From: Candidatus Latescibacterota bacterium
GTDB taxonomy: Bacteria; Latescibacterota; UBA2968; UBA8231
Assembly (NCBI GenBank): GCA_965203175.1
Contig: OZ241867.1
Coordinates: forward strand, 1,280,001-1,344,000
Direction: 5' to 3'
Length of the DNA stretch: 64,000 nt
Shown: positions 49,406 to 58,568 of the stretch, piece by piece
Layout of the letters: every line of letters starts with the position of its first letter
Position numbering within the stretch: position 1 is the stretch's first letter
Made by a program: the position numbers and the translations under genes
Notes under the pieces: model-generated
Seen by the model: the letters and a program-made list of their open reading frames with translations, nothing else
What the model was told of the DNA's origin: nothing
Database searches by the model: none

Positions 49406-49810
49406 ATGCGATACTTGATTGCGGCGGCATGGATCGCCGTTTCCCTCGTTGCTTGTGGCGACTCGGAGTCTGTTGTTGGAGATGACAATGGAGACCAGCG
49501 GACCGAGGAAGGCGACCGTGCACAGCTAGCGGAGATGCGAGGGGAAATCGACGCGCTCATCGGCGACGCTGCAGGCGCGTCCATTGCGGACTGTCGCTAC
49601 GCGGGCGTAGGCTCCAAGCCCTGCGGCGGGCCTTGGGAGTTTGTAATTTACTCCGCCTCGTCAACCGATTCGACGGCATTAGCCGAGCGGCTGACAGCGT
49701 ATAACGCCTTTGAAGCTGAGATGAACGAGCGCTATGGGTTAGCTTCGGACTGCTCAGTGCCCAACGCGCCGGTGTTGGCGTATAGAGATGGACGGTGCGT
49801 CGCCGAGTGA
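49406..49810 (+). CDS. Cys-containing lipoprotein, unknown function
   Basis: GGAGAGG RBS; lipobox LVAC; C...G.KPCGGP..YS..SDC..GRC. Confidence 0.75.
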   Translation: MRYLIAAAWIAVSLVACGDSESVVGDDNGDQRTEEGDRAQLAEMRGEIDALIGDAAGASIADCRYAGVGSKPCGGPWEFVIYSASSTDSTALAERLTAYNAFEAEMNERYGLASDCSVPNAPVLAYRDGRCVAE

Positions 49811-49851
49811 CGCCTTGCTTTAAGATCGTTGATCAACTCGGACCGCTCTGC

Positions 49852-50859
49852 TCAAATCTGCGAACGGTAGATCGCGTCGACCAATTCCATGGTCTTGGTC
49901 GCGTCGTCGAAATTCGTTTCGGGATCTTTTCCCTTTAACATGCAATCCACAAAATGGCGGTTGATATCGTAGGGGCCGAAGGCTCGATAGTCCTCTGCGC
50001 TGCCGGCCAAAACGGTAGGGTCCAACTCGTCGATAGGTTCGGTCTTGTTATCGGCGTAGAGCTGACCGCCTTCTTCGGGGTCGCCGAAGAAGGAGATGCC
50101 GGGGGCATGGACCTCGACGCTGAATATCCGCCGACCGGCCATGAAGTTGTTGAGCAAGAGTCCGGTGGCCCCGCTGCTGAAACGGACTAGGGCTAAGTGG
50201 ACATTCCAGTGGTCGGCGTCGAGGCGGCGCGAGTCGCTGGCAACGGATTCGACTTCGCCACCGCATAGATAGCGCAAGGTGTCGACGGCGTGGATGCCAT
50301 CGCAGGTAAGCATGTCCAACGCTCCGCGATAATAGGGCGCGCCGCCGACCCAGTTTTTGTAAAAGCTGGCGTGGGCGGTGTGCACGGACCCGCGCTTTTC
50401 GCACAGCGTTTTACCTTGGCGAATGACGGGGGCAAAACGGCGTTGGAAGGCGACGCCGGTCAAGACCTTGTGGCGGCGGGCTAAAGCGGCGAGTTGGCGG
50501 ATTTGCTCAGTGGTAACGGCGGGGGGTTTTTCGATAATGAGATGGCAGCCGTGTTCAATCACGGTGGCGCAGATGTCGAAAAGGTGGTGCGGAGGCATGA
50601 TGGCGTAAACCGCGTCGGGTTTTTCGCGTTCGAGCATTTGGCGGTAGGCGCTGTAGCGACCTTTGATGTCGTAGAGGTCACAGGTTTTGTGCAGGCGCTG
50701 TTCGTCGAGTTCGGCGACGGCGACTAGTTGGGCCTCGGGGATGTCGCGCAGTGAGGGGTAGTGGGCCATCAGGGCGCGGCCACCAGCGCCGATGAAGGCG
50801 ACGCGGAGTTTCTTGCGGGCGCGACCTTTGTACTTGGGTCGCGTTTTGGCTTTGGCCAT
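49852..50859 (-). CDS. Gfo/Idh/MocA oxidoreductase with basic N-terminal extension
   Basis: FIGAGG, IEKP, FQRRF, DGIHAVD. Confidence 0.9.
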   Translation of the reverse strand: MAKAKTRPKYKGRARKKLRVAFIGAGGRALMAHYPSLRDIPEAQLVAVAELDEQRLHKTCDLYDIKGRYSAYRQMLEREKPDAVYAIMPPHHLFDICATVIEHGCHLIIEKPPAVTTEQIRQLAALARRHKVLTGVAFQRRFAPVIRQGKTLCEKRGSVHTAHASFYKNWVGGAPYYRGALDMLTCDGIHAVDTLRYLCGGEVESVASDSRRLDADHWNVHLALVRFSSGATGLLLNNFMAGRRIFSVEVHAPGISFFGDPEEGGQLYADNKTEPIDELDPTVLAGSAEDYRAFGPYDINRHFVDCMLKGKDPETNFDDATKTMELVDAIYRSQI

Positions 50860-50928
50860 GTCTATTCTCCGGACGCAGCTATGAGTGAAGATGCGCGGTC
50901 ACGTTGCCTGTCTGAATGGCTGCTGGGG

Positions 50929-52032
50929 CTACTCCTCTCGCTCCTTAAAATTTTCCGCCCGACGCAGTGCTTCGACGCCGGATTCGGCGAGCGAGATCGG
51001 AAAGTGAACGGGACGGTTGCCCTCTAGCTGCGACTGGTAGATGGCCATGACCATTTCCAATGAGCGGCGGCCCACGGCGCCGTCGCTGCGCAAGGTGCCG
51101 CGGCCTTCCAAAGCGTCGATCAACTCGGATAGTGCAGCGACGTACGTAGAAGCCGGGGCCGGCCGTTCGACTTCGACTTCTTCGAGGCTGCTCCACTCAA
51201 AGCCGCTGTCGGGCTCAGACAGCGTGACCTCGGACTGAAAGAGGCGGACCTGCTCGAGGTCCATGCGAATCAGGCCGGTCGAGCCGCGCAGTTCAAAGGC
51301 GTTGTCGTTGTACTGTGTCAGCTCGGCACCGAAGATCAGCCCGGTGGCCCCCCCTTTGAACTTGAGCATCGCGGCCGAAAAATCCTCGACAGCCCACGGA
51401 CGCATGCGCTGCTCAGCCATGCCGCATAGCCAATCCACTTCGCCGGCGTAGAGATCCATCAAGTCGAAATAGTGGGTGAAGTCGTGCAGTAAGGGCCCTT
51501 CATTTTCGCTGCGCCACCAAGGAGCCGGCTTGCCCCCATCCATGTAGCAATAGATGTGGTTGAACTCGCCGATAGCTCCCGCGTCGAGGAGCGTTTTGGC
51601 GAGAACCCACTCGGAGTGCCAGCGGCGGTTGTGGTTGATCTGCAAAAGCACGTCCTCCGCTTGGCAAGCCGCGATCATCTGGTCGCATTCCTCCAGCGAA
51701 AGGGCCATTGGTTTTTCGCAGATGATGGCTTGGGTCGAGGAGGCTTGGGCGCAGATAGTGACCATTTCGGCGTGGAGTTCGGGGTGGGTGGCGACGATGC
51801 AGATGTCGGGCTGGACTTCGGCGAGCATTTGCCGATAGTCGTGGTAGAGCGCCTCGACGCCGAAGCGCTCGCCAAAGGCGTCGAGCTTTTCGCGCCCCCG
51901 GTTGACGCCGGCGACCAACTCGCAGGAAGGGTGTTGAGTGACGGCGGCGGCGTGGTTGTCGGGCAGGTCGGAGAAACTGAACTGATAGCCGACGCGACCC
52001 GTGCCGATGATAGCAACGCGATACGTGGACAT
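50929..52032 (-). CDS. Gfo/Idh/MocA oxidoreductase
   Basis: GGAGG RBS + ATG 52032; IIGTGRVG, CEKPMA, NHNRR, DFTHYFD. Confidence 0.9.
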   Translation of the reverse strand: MSTYRVAIIGTGRVGYQFSFSDLPDNHAAAVTQHPSCELVAGVNRGREKLDAFGERFGVEALYHDYRQMLAEVQPDICIVATHPELHAEMVTICAQASSTQAIICEKPMALSLEECDQMIAACQAEDVLLQINHNRRWHSEWVLAKTLLDAGAIGEFNHIYCYMDGGKPAPWWRSENEGPLLHDFTHYFDLMDLYAGEVDWLCGMAEQRMRPWAVEDFSAAMLKFKGGATGLIFGAELTQYNDNAFELRGSTGLIRMDLEQVRLFQSEVTLSEPDSGFEWSSLEEVEVERPAPASTYVAALSELIDALEGRGTLRSDGAVGRRSLEMVMAIYQSQLEGNRPVHFPISLAESGVEALRRAENFKEREE

Positions 52033-52045
52033 GAAACCTCCAGCT

Positions 52046-52546
52046 TTAGAAGAGATCGAGTTGAGGAGCAAGCACACCTTCGAGGGCGAGCAACGCCCTT
52101 TTGATCGGCAGTCCTCCGGCATAGCCGACCAGCGCACCATTGCTGCCAACGACGCGGTGACAAGGCACGACAATCGGCAGGGGATTCCGGCCATTGGCCA
52201 AGCCGACGGCGCGGATCGAGCTTGGGTTGCCGATGCGGCGAGCTAGCTCCAAATAGGAGATCGTCTCGCCGTAGGGAATTTCCGCGAGTGCGGCCCAGAC
52301 TTTGCGCTGAAAAGCTGTCCCTTGGGGGTTGAGCGGTAGGTCAAAGCTACGTAGATGACCGGCGAAGTAGGAATCGAGCTGGTCGGCAACTGGATAGGGC
52401 AGATCAGTCACGGCCTGCCAATCCGACGGCGGGGTAAAGTCGCCGCTCTCGAAATAGATGTGTCGCAAGCCCGCGGAGTCACCGGCTAGGAGCAACTCGC
52501 CGATGGAACTGGACACTGTAGTGTAAAGCAGATTTTCAGTGGTCAT
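52046..52546 (-). CDS. ogt: Methylated-DNA-protein-cysteine methyltransferase
   Basis: GTAFQ..VW..L..IPYGET.SY, RAVG.ANG.NP..IVVPCHRV. Confidence 0.95.
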   Translation of the reverse strand: MTTENLLYTTVSSSIGELLLAGDSAGLRHIYFESGDFTPPSDWQAVTDLPYPVADQLDSYFAGHLRSFDLPLNPQGTAFQRKVWAALAEIPYGETISYLELARRIGNPSSIRAVGLANGRNPLPIVVPCHRVVGSNGALVGYAGGLPIKRALLALEGVLAPQLDLF

Positions 52547-52616
52547 AGCGATCCTAGTGCGATCTCCCAATGTAAACAGGTTGGTCTAGACCGTCGAGCC
52601 GCCAAGGGAAATGAAC

Positions 52617-53867
52617 TTAGCTGGTCGGTTGTAGCGCCTGAAAGTCCGTCCCCGTCGGCTCCTGAAAAACTCGCAGATCAAAGGCGGGCACAATGGCGAA
52701 GATGTGGTCGAAAATGTCGGCCTGAATCGCCTCGTAGTTGGCCCAGACGATATCCTTGCAGAAGACGTAGATTTCGAGGGGTAGCCCCTTGGAGGTCGGC
52801 GCTAGCTGACGCACCAGAAAGGTCATCTCTTGGTTGATCTGCGGATGGTTTTTCAGATAGGCCTGCACATAGGCGCGGAAGGTGCCGATGTTGGTCATGC
52901 GCCGGCCATTTACCAGATGCGAGAGATCCACCTGGTTGAGCTTGTTGTATTCGGCTAGCTCTTGCTTCTTGCGCTCGATGTGGGCGGTGATGTACTGGAT
53001 TTTGGCAAAGCGGGCGAGCATTTCCTCGTCGCAAAACTTGACGGTGCTGACATCGAGGTAGATCGCCCGCTTGATCCGCCGCCCGCCCGACTCCTGCATC
53101 CCGCGCCAGTTTTTGAACGACTCGCCAATCAGTGCGTACGTGGGAATGGTCGTGATGGTCTTGTCCCAATTCTGCACCTTGACCGTCGTCAGCGTGATGT
53201 CGATCACGTCGCCGTCGGCTCCGTACTGAGGCATTTCAATCCAGTCGCCGTAGGCGACCATGCGATTTACCGAGATCTGGATGCCGGCGACCAACCCGAG
53301 GATCGAGTCGCGGAAGACCAAAAGCAAAACCGCGGTCATCGCCGTCAGGCCGCCGAGCAAGTAAAGCGGCGATTGGCCGATTAGAGTTGCGACGACGACG
53401 ATGCTGCCGAGCAAAAAGAGGATGATCTTGAGGAACTGCACCGGCCCCTTGATGGAGATTTCGTGCGAGGTCCTAGTGCTGTTGTAGATGCGGACGCCCG
53501 CGCTTATTAACGCCTCGATGGCTAGTAAGCCGGAGAGCACCAGATAAATATGCGCCGCGGTCTGGATGATTTTGACGGAAACGGGATGACCTTCTAAGGC
53601 CATTGGCCCTAGGTGGTAGAAGATGAGGCCGGGGACTAGATGGGCCAGCCGGTGCAGGACCCGGCACTCGATTAGGACATCGTCATAGGGAAAATCGGTG
53701 CGGTGAATGATGGCGGCGCAGCCTCGGAGTAGCGGTCCTCTGGCTAAGCGATGGGCGAGCAAGGCGACGAAGGCCACCACAGCTAAGGCGACCAGTGCGG
53801 CGAGGTCTTCACTGAGGTCTTGGCCGAGACCCCATTCGAGAAATTGGCTACGCAGTAAGTTGAGCAT
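52617..53867 (-). CDS. MscS-family mechanosensitive channel (YbdG/MscM-like)
   Basis: LLVFRDSILGLVAGIQ, GDWIEMP.YGADGDV, VQNWDKTITTIPTY, NWRGM.ESGGRRIKR, TNIGTFRAY. Confidence 0.93.
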   Translation of the reverse strand: MLNLLRSQFLEWGLGQDLSEDLAALVALAVVAFVALLAHRLARGPLLRGCAAIIHRTDFPYDDVLIECRVLHRLAHLVPGLIFYHLGPMALEGHPVSVKIIQTAAHIYLVLSGLLAIEALISAGVRIYNSTRTSHEISIKGPVQFLKIILFLLGSIVVVATLIGQSPLYLLGGLTAMTAVLLLVFRDSILGLVAGIQISVNRMVAYGDWIEMPQYGADGDVIDITLTTVKVQNWDKTITTIPTYALIGESFKNWRGMQESGGRRIKRAIYLDVSTVKFCDEEMLARFAKIQYITAHIERKKQELAEYNKLNQVDLSHLVNGRRMTNIGTFRAYVQAYLKNHPQINQEMTFLVRQLAPTSKGLPLEIYVFCKDIVWANYEAIQADIFDHIFAIVPAFDLRVFQEPTGTDFQALQPTS

Positions 53868-53959
53868 CTGTTGTCATTAAAAAAGACGGTGGTTAAGGCG
53901 GCTCGCGGGGGTGGGCTTGGGTGCCGGTCCAACCTGGGCTGGAAAGGGGGAGAGTCGCG

Positions 53960-54442
53960 TTACTCTGGAACGGCTAGAGCTGAAGGAAAGTCGACGAACA
54001 GGGCCGATTGCTCTTGCTCGCCGCCATAGGAGTAAAAGCTCAAACGACCTTCTTCATCGACAAGCCAGAATTCTTGGGCACCCCGAGCCAAGTACAGATC
54101 CTTCTTAGCCAGCATCTCGCCAATGGAGTTGGAGGGTGAACGGATTTCGACGCATAGTTCCGGCGCTTGGAGATAGGGCGTATCCATCCCGTGGCGGGCG
54201 AAGAAATCATCCGAACCCCAGGCTATATCGGCGACTTTGACGCCTTGGCTGGTCTGGACCGAGCACTCGGTCAGGACGCGCCCTGCTGTTTTCTGCTGCA
54301 TCAGTGTGAAGGCGATGAGGACTTGGATATGGCCATGTTTGTTTGAGGCAGGCGTCATGGTGATGTGTCCCCATTCGTTTAACTCGATTTTGAAGGGTAG
54401 GTCCTGCAGGGCCTTGTTTTGGCACACTTCAATCCAGTCCAT
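53960..54442 (-). CDS. Uma2 (DUF820) family endonuclease-like protein
   Basis: KIELNEWG.I.M.P...H, VKVAD+AW, APELCVEI.SPSN, K..LY...GA.EFWLVD. Confidence 0.9.
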   Translation of the reverse strand: MDWIEVCQNKALQDLPFKIELNEWGHITMTPASNKHGHIQVLIAFTLMQQKTAGRVLTECSVQTSQGVKVADIAWGSDDFFARHGMDTPYLQAPELCVEIRSPSNSIGEMLAKKDLYLARGAQEFWLVDEEGRLSFYSYGGEQEQSALFVDFPSALAVPE

Positions 54443-54559
54443 GGACGCGACGCTCCTACTGAGGTTGTTGACCTGTCAGGTTGGTCATAAAGGGAAGATA
54501 GCCTACCTCAGAAGCGAACTCAACTCTCTGTTCTATGAGACACGCCTCATGCGGCTATA

Positions 54560-55684
54560 TCAAGTGCGGTCGGACTGCTCGGGGCAGGTAGCGATTCCGT
54601 ATAGGGCTTCGCCAATAAAATCGCGCCGCCATCCGCGCAGGAGGCGATGATCCTCGGGCGTGGCCGCGACCGCGTCGAGGACTAGGTTGCGCACTTCAGC
54701 GCGGGCCGCGACAAAGGGCGCATCAATCCGCGCCGCGTCGCTTTGCTGGCGCAAGTAATCCATGGACTGGGAGAGTTTGCGTTCGATGATCTCCTTGTCG
54801 AGCTGCGGTCGGCGCGGACGGGGCGGGCACTCCTCATCGGGGACGGTCCAGCCTCGGCGAATCTGTTCGAGGATGCAGCGATCGTAGCGGTGATTGCCGA
54901 GTGCGCGGAGCTGGCCTAGTTCCTTCAGCGATTGGGGCTTGCGCCGGGCCAGTAACACGAGGGTGTCGTCTGTCAATACGTGATTGCGCGGCCGGTCGCA
55001 TCGCTGAGCTTCCTCTTCGCGCCAAGCGGCCAACTCGCGGAGGATGGCCAACTCGCGCGGGGAAGCTCGGCCCGTGCCCTTGATCCGCGTGAATTGCTCA
55101 CGCGGGTCTCGCTCCTCGTATAGCTGTGGGTTGTCGTACGCAGCCATCTCCTCTGTCAGCCAGGTGCTGCGACCAATTTCCTCGATGCGCGCCTGCAACA
55201 CATCGCGCGCCTCGTGCAGATAGCGCACATCCTCAATGGCGTACGCTAGCTGGTCCTCGGAGAGCGGGCGGCGGACCCAGTTGGTGAGTGTCTCGGTTTT
55301 GTCGAGGACCACGCCGAGGGTTTGCTCCAAGAGTTCGGCTAGCGAAGTGGTAGAACTCATATTGGCAAGCCCGGCTGCGCAGCGGGTGTCGAAGACGTTG
55401 CGCGGGAAAGCACCCGTGGCCCGGCGCAGAATGGCCAAGTCCTGTTGGGCGTCGTGGAGAATCAGTTCGACCTCTGGGTGCTCTAACAGGGCACTAAGGG
55501 GCGAGAGATCCGCAATCGCCACCGGGTCAATCAGGTGGCAGTCGCCGTCGGCGAGGGCCAATTGGATCACGCCTAGCTTGGGATAGTAGGTGCGGTTCCA
55601 AACGAATTCAGTGTCTAGGGCAACGCGCTCACAGTCTAGAGCGCGCTCGACAAGTTCGGCAAGGGCCTTTGCTGTGTGAATCAT
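54560..55684 (-). CDS. rnd: Ribonuclease D (3'-5' exonuclease + HRDC)
   Basis: ALDTEF..RTYYP.L..IQ, H...QDL, FDT, W..RPLS..QL.YA.EDV, WRE..A...D.P, GWRR. Confidence 0.9.
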   Translation of the reverse strand: MIHTAKALAELVERALDCERVALDTEFVWNRTYYPKLGVIQLALADGDCHLIDPVAIADLSPLSALLEHPEVELILHDAQQDLAILRRATGAFPRNVFDTRCAAGLANMSSTTSLAELLEQTLGVVLDKTETLTNWVRRPLSEDQLAYAIEDVRYLHEARDVLQARIEEIGRSTWLTEEMAAYDNPQLYEERDPREQFTRIKGTGRASPRELAILRELAAWREEEAQRCDRPRNHVLTDDTLVLLARRKPQSLKELGQLRALGNHRYDRCILEQIRRGWTVPDEECPPRPRRPQLDKEIIERKLSQSMDYLRQQSDAARIDAPFVAARAEVRNLVLDAVAATPEDHRLLRGWRRDFIGEALYGIATCPEQSDRT

Positions 55685-55734
55685 GCGTCCATGGGCATCT
55701 TGAAGTGAGGATTAAGCAACATACAACGGAGGCT

Positions 55735-57036
55735 CTAAGATGACAAGCGCCAGAAGCGGCGCACGGGGGTTTGCTCCCGATAACCGGCCAGCCGAGTACT
55801 GAGCAGCCAAGCCGCAACAAACGCGAACTGGACTGCACACAAGTAAAAAAGCGGTCCCCGCGAACCAGCCAGCGCAGCAGACCATTGGAAACAAGCCCCA
55901 CCCGCGATGCCGCCGACAATACCGCCCAGTGCCGAAGCGTACATTGCAAGGGAGAATCCCTCGGCCTGGTACTCTTTGGAGACGGCGTCGATCATCGCTC
56001 GCGACTGTCCCATCTGGTGGCCGCCGTCTAGTGCGCCCCAGAGCAAATAGACACCCCCCGCCCAGAGTGCGATCCACGGGAGTCCCGTAGGGAGGAAGAG
56101 CCAAGCGGGTGCCATGCCCGCTTGTAGCAACAGAGTGATGGTCAGCGGTCCTCGGCTGCCGTGCCGGTCCACCATCCGACCCCAGCCATGCAGTCCCGCC
56201 ACATAGCCGAGGGCTTGTACTGGCGTCATCCAGACGAAGTAGCTAACGGGCAGCCCCCAATCCGTGAGCGCCACGACCCACAGCGGAAAGGTCGCCGCTA
56301 GCACGGCCGTGCGGGCCATGACAAAGAGCGCGTATGCGCGCATCTGGGGCGTAGCTAAGGCTTGGCGCAAGCGGCGGATGAGGCCTTCGCCGGGCGGGGA
56401 CAGAGGTCGCTCAGCTACTTGGCGCGCCAAGAAGGCCCCACCGAAAGTGGAGAAAACCGCCAGAGCGAAAAGCGGCCCAAAGTCGTCGGCCATGGGCTGA
56501 GAGCCGAGGTACCAGCCGATTAGGATGGGCAAGGCGAGTTCGAGCAGGCGCTGCTGAAGGCGCATGCGCGTGAGAAAGGCTCCGAGCCCACTGCTAGCGG
56601 TGTTGTCTTGGACTAGGGGCCACCAAGCGGTGTTGCCCGCTTGGTATGCGAGACCGCGCGCGCTAAACAGGGCTAGGCCGATCCAAGCGGCCCAAACCCC
56701 GTTTGCGCCATAGAACGCCAACAGCGCCAGTGCTAGCCCAGCCGGGAACGAGCAGAGTCGGCCCCAAAAGAAGATCCCGGCCTTCCCAGTGCGGTGCATT
56801 AGCTGCAACCCGACGACGCGCCCCATCCTTTGTAAATACTCGCTGGTGGCGACTAAACCGATGAGAAAAGGCGAAGCATTGAGCGAGAGGAGAAAGAGGG
56901 GGACGAGAGAAGTGAGGAGGGCACTACTGATCGAGCCGCTAACGGCGACGCCGATCAGCCGCGACTGGCTGCGGCGACGAGCTGCTGGAAAAATTCTGTG
57001 ACTGGGGTTTGCCGTGTTGCTTGGGGTGTCGGGCAT
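55735..57036 (-). CDS. MFS transporter
   Basis: About 12 TM segments; WGRMVDRHGSR motif A-like. Confidence 0.8.
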   Translation of the reverse strand: MPDTPSNTANPSHRIFPAARRRSQSRLIGVAVSGSISSALLTSLVPLFLLSLNASPFLIGLVATSEYLQRMGRVVGLQLMHRTGKAGIFFWGRLCSFPAGLALALLAFYGANGVWAAWIGLALFSARGLAYQAGNTAWWPLVQDNTASSGLGAFLTRMRLQQRLLELALPILIGWYLGSQPMADDFGPLFALAVFSTFGGAFLARQVAERPLSPPGEGLIRRLRQALATPQMRAYALFVMARTAVLAATFPLWVVALTDWGLPVSYFVWMTPVQALGYVAGLHGWGRMVDRHGSRGPLTITLLLQAGMAPAWLFLPTGLPWIALWAGGVYLLWGALDGGHQMGQSRAMIDAVSKEYQAEGFSLAMYASALGGIVGGIAGGACFQWSAALAGSRGPLFYLCAVQFAFVAAWLLSTRLAGYREQTPVRRFWRLSS

Positions 57037-57122
57037 AAAAAAGAAGAAAGGACCGACAGCACGTCCGGGCAAATTGCGTTTAGCGCCCGCGCATCAGCGC
57101 GCTAAACGGGTGTTGCTCAGCA

Positions 57123-58568
57123 TCACTTGTGCGATCTAAATGCGGCCTTTTCCCCGGGCGTCGGCGAGTGGTCGAAGGCCCCGCGTTGGATCACCGCAGC
57201 AGTCCCGCCCGCCGCTTCGATGGTTGCCCGCTGGCTGGCATGGGCCTGCTCGTCAACCGCTTCCGGGTCGAGCAAGGCGCGCAATTCTCTTTCGCAGTCT
57301 CGCAACAGGTCCTGATGCTCAGGCATGCCGGACAAGTCGTTTAGCTCGTCGGGATCCTCTGACAAGTCGAAAAGCTGCGGCGGTGCGCCTACGTAGTAAT
57401 TGTACTTGTAGCGATTGCGGCGCAGCATATAGGTGCCGTGCTCGGTGCCCAGCGCGTGATACTCGCTAAAGACGGTGCGCTCTCGATCGTCCTCTTGTGC
57501 GATCTGCCACAGCGAGCGGCCGGGCAGGTCTTGGTCGATCTGTTTAGCCCCAACGCATTCGAGCGCGGTTGGAAAACAATCCACCAAAGAAACTGGCGTC
57601 TGTACCACCTTCCCCTCCGGCACGTCAGGCCCAGCCATAATCATCGGCACAGCCGCGGCTTCGTCGTAGAGCGTGAACTTGCCGAAGATACCTCGGGACC
57701 CAAGGCATTCGCCGTGGTCGGAGGTATAGAGCACGCGGGTGAAATCCGTCAGGCCGTACTCGTCGAGCGCACTGAGAACGCGACCGATCTGGTGGTCGAG
57801 GTAGGTCGTGGTACCGTAGTACGCGGCTGTAACTCGCCGCACTGTTTCTTCGCTGTGGCCTGAGTCGAAGCGGAAGAAGCGGCGGAAGTAGTCCATCGCC
57901 GGATGATCGGGCCACGTGTCGGGCGTCCACTGCGGTGGCAGCGGCACGTCTGCGAGCGGGTATTGGGCGTAGATTCCCGGCGGAGCGATATAAGGAGGAT
58001 GCGGGCAGACGAAATTGAGGAAAACTACCCAAGGCTTGGCATCGTCGCGGTGCTCGGCGAGCCAGCGCAAGGCGTGTTCGGTGCAGCGGGCGTCGTACTG
58101 CAAATAAGTCGAATCGCCCGCGCCTGCCCGTCCAAGCTCGCCGTGTTTGTCGCGCAAGGGCGGTTGATCGCGGATGCAGCCGAGGACATCGCCGGCACCA
58201 TCGACTACGTGCAACGGCTCGATTTCCTCGCTAAACCCGTGGTCTGCGCCTTGCCCCTTGAAGTGCAGCTTGCCGATAGAGTCGCAGCAGAAGCCCTGTT
58301 CGCGCAGGCGCTGATGCCAGGAGGCGGGCGTGCCATCGTAGGGATGCCCGTTGTCCCAGTAGCCGATCTGATGCACGTAGCGGCCGGTGGCCAGTGACGC
58401 GCGAGCCGGGACGCAGATCGGGCAATTGGTGTAGGCGTTTTGGAAGCGGGTACCGCGTGCGGCTAAGGTGTCCAGATGGGGCGTCTGCACCAGTGGATTG
58501 CCGTAGCAGCCGCTGGCGAGCCGGTGGTGCTGGTCGGACAAGATGAAGAGGAAATTGCGACGTTTCAC
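57123..58568 (-). CDS. Sulfatase (choline-sulfatase-like)
   Basis: GTG start overlapping the upstream TGA; SDQH, CVPARAS..TGR, GKLH, PHPP, SDHG, LFDLSEDPDEL. Confidence 0.92.
   Translation of the reverse strand: MKRRNFLFILSDQHHRLASGCYGNPLVQTPHLDTLAARGTRFQNAYTNCPICVPARASLATGRYVHQIGYWDNGHPYDGTPASWHQRLREQGFCCDSIGKLHFKGQGADHGFSEEIEPLHVVDGAGDVLGCIRDQPPLRDKHGELGRAGAGDSTYLQYDARCTEHALRWLAEHRDDAKPWVVFLNFVCPHPPYIAPPGIYAQYPLADVPLPPQWTPDTWPDHPAMDYFRRFFRFDSGHSEETVRRVTAAYYGTTTYLDHQIGRVLSALDEYGLTDFTRVLYTSDHGECLGSRGIFGKFTLYDEAAAVPMIMAGPDVPEGKVVQTPVSLVDCFPTALECVGAKQIDQDLPGRSLWQIAQEDDRERTVFSEYHALGTEHGTYMLRRNRYKYNYYVGAPPQLFDLSEDPDELNDLSGMPEHQDLLRDCERELRALLDPEAVDEQAHASQRATIEAAGGTAAVIQRGAFDHSPTPGEKAAFRSHK

Noticed and set aside
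57077-57108. Hairpin CGTTTAGCGC...GCGCTAAACG between the sulfatase and MFS genes
   Set aside because: Single copy, unrelated to the 27-bp element, no U-tract; at most an ordinary mRNA stem.
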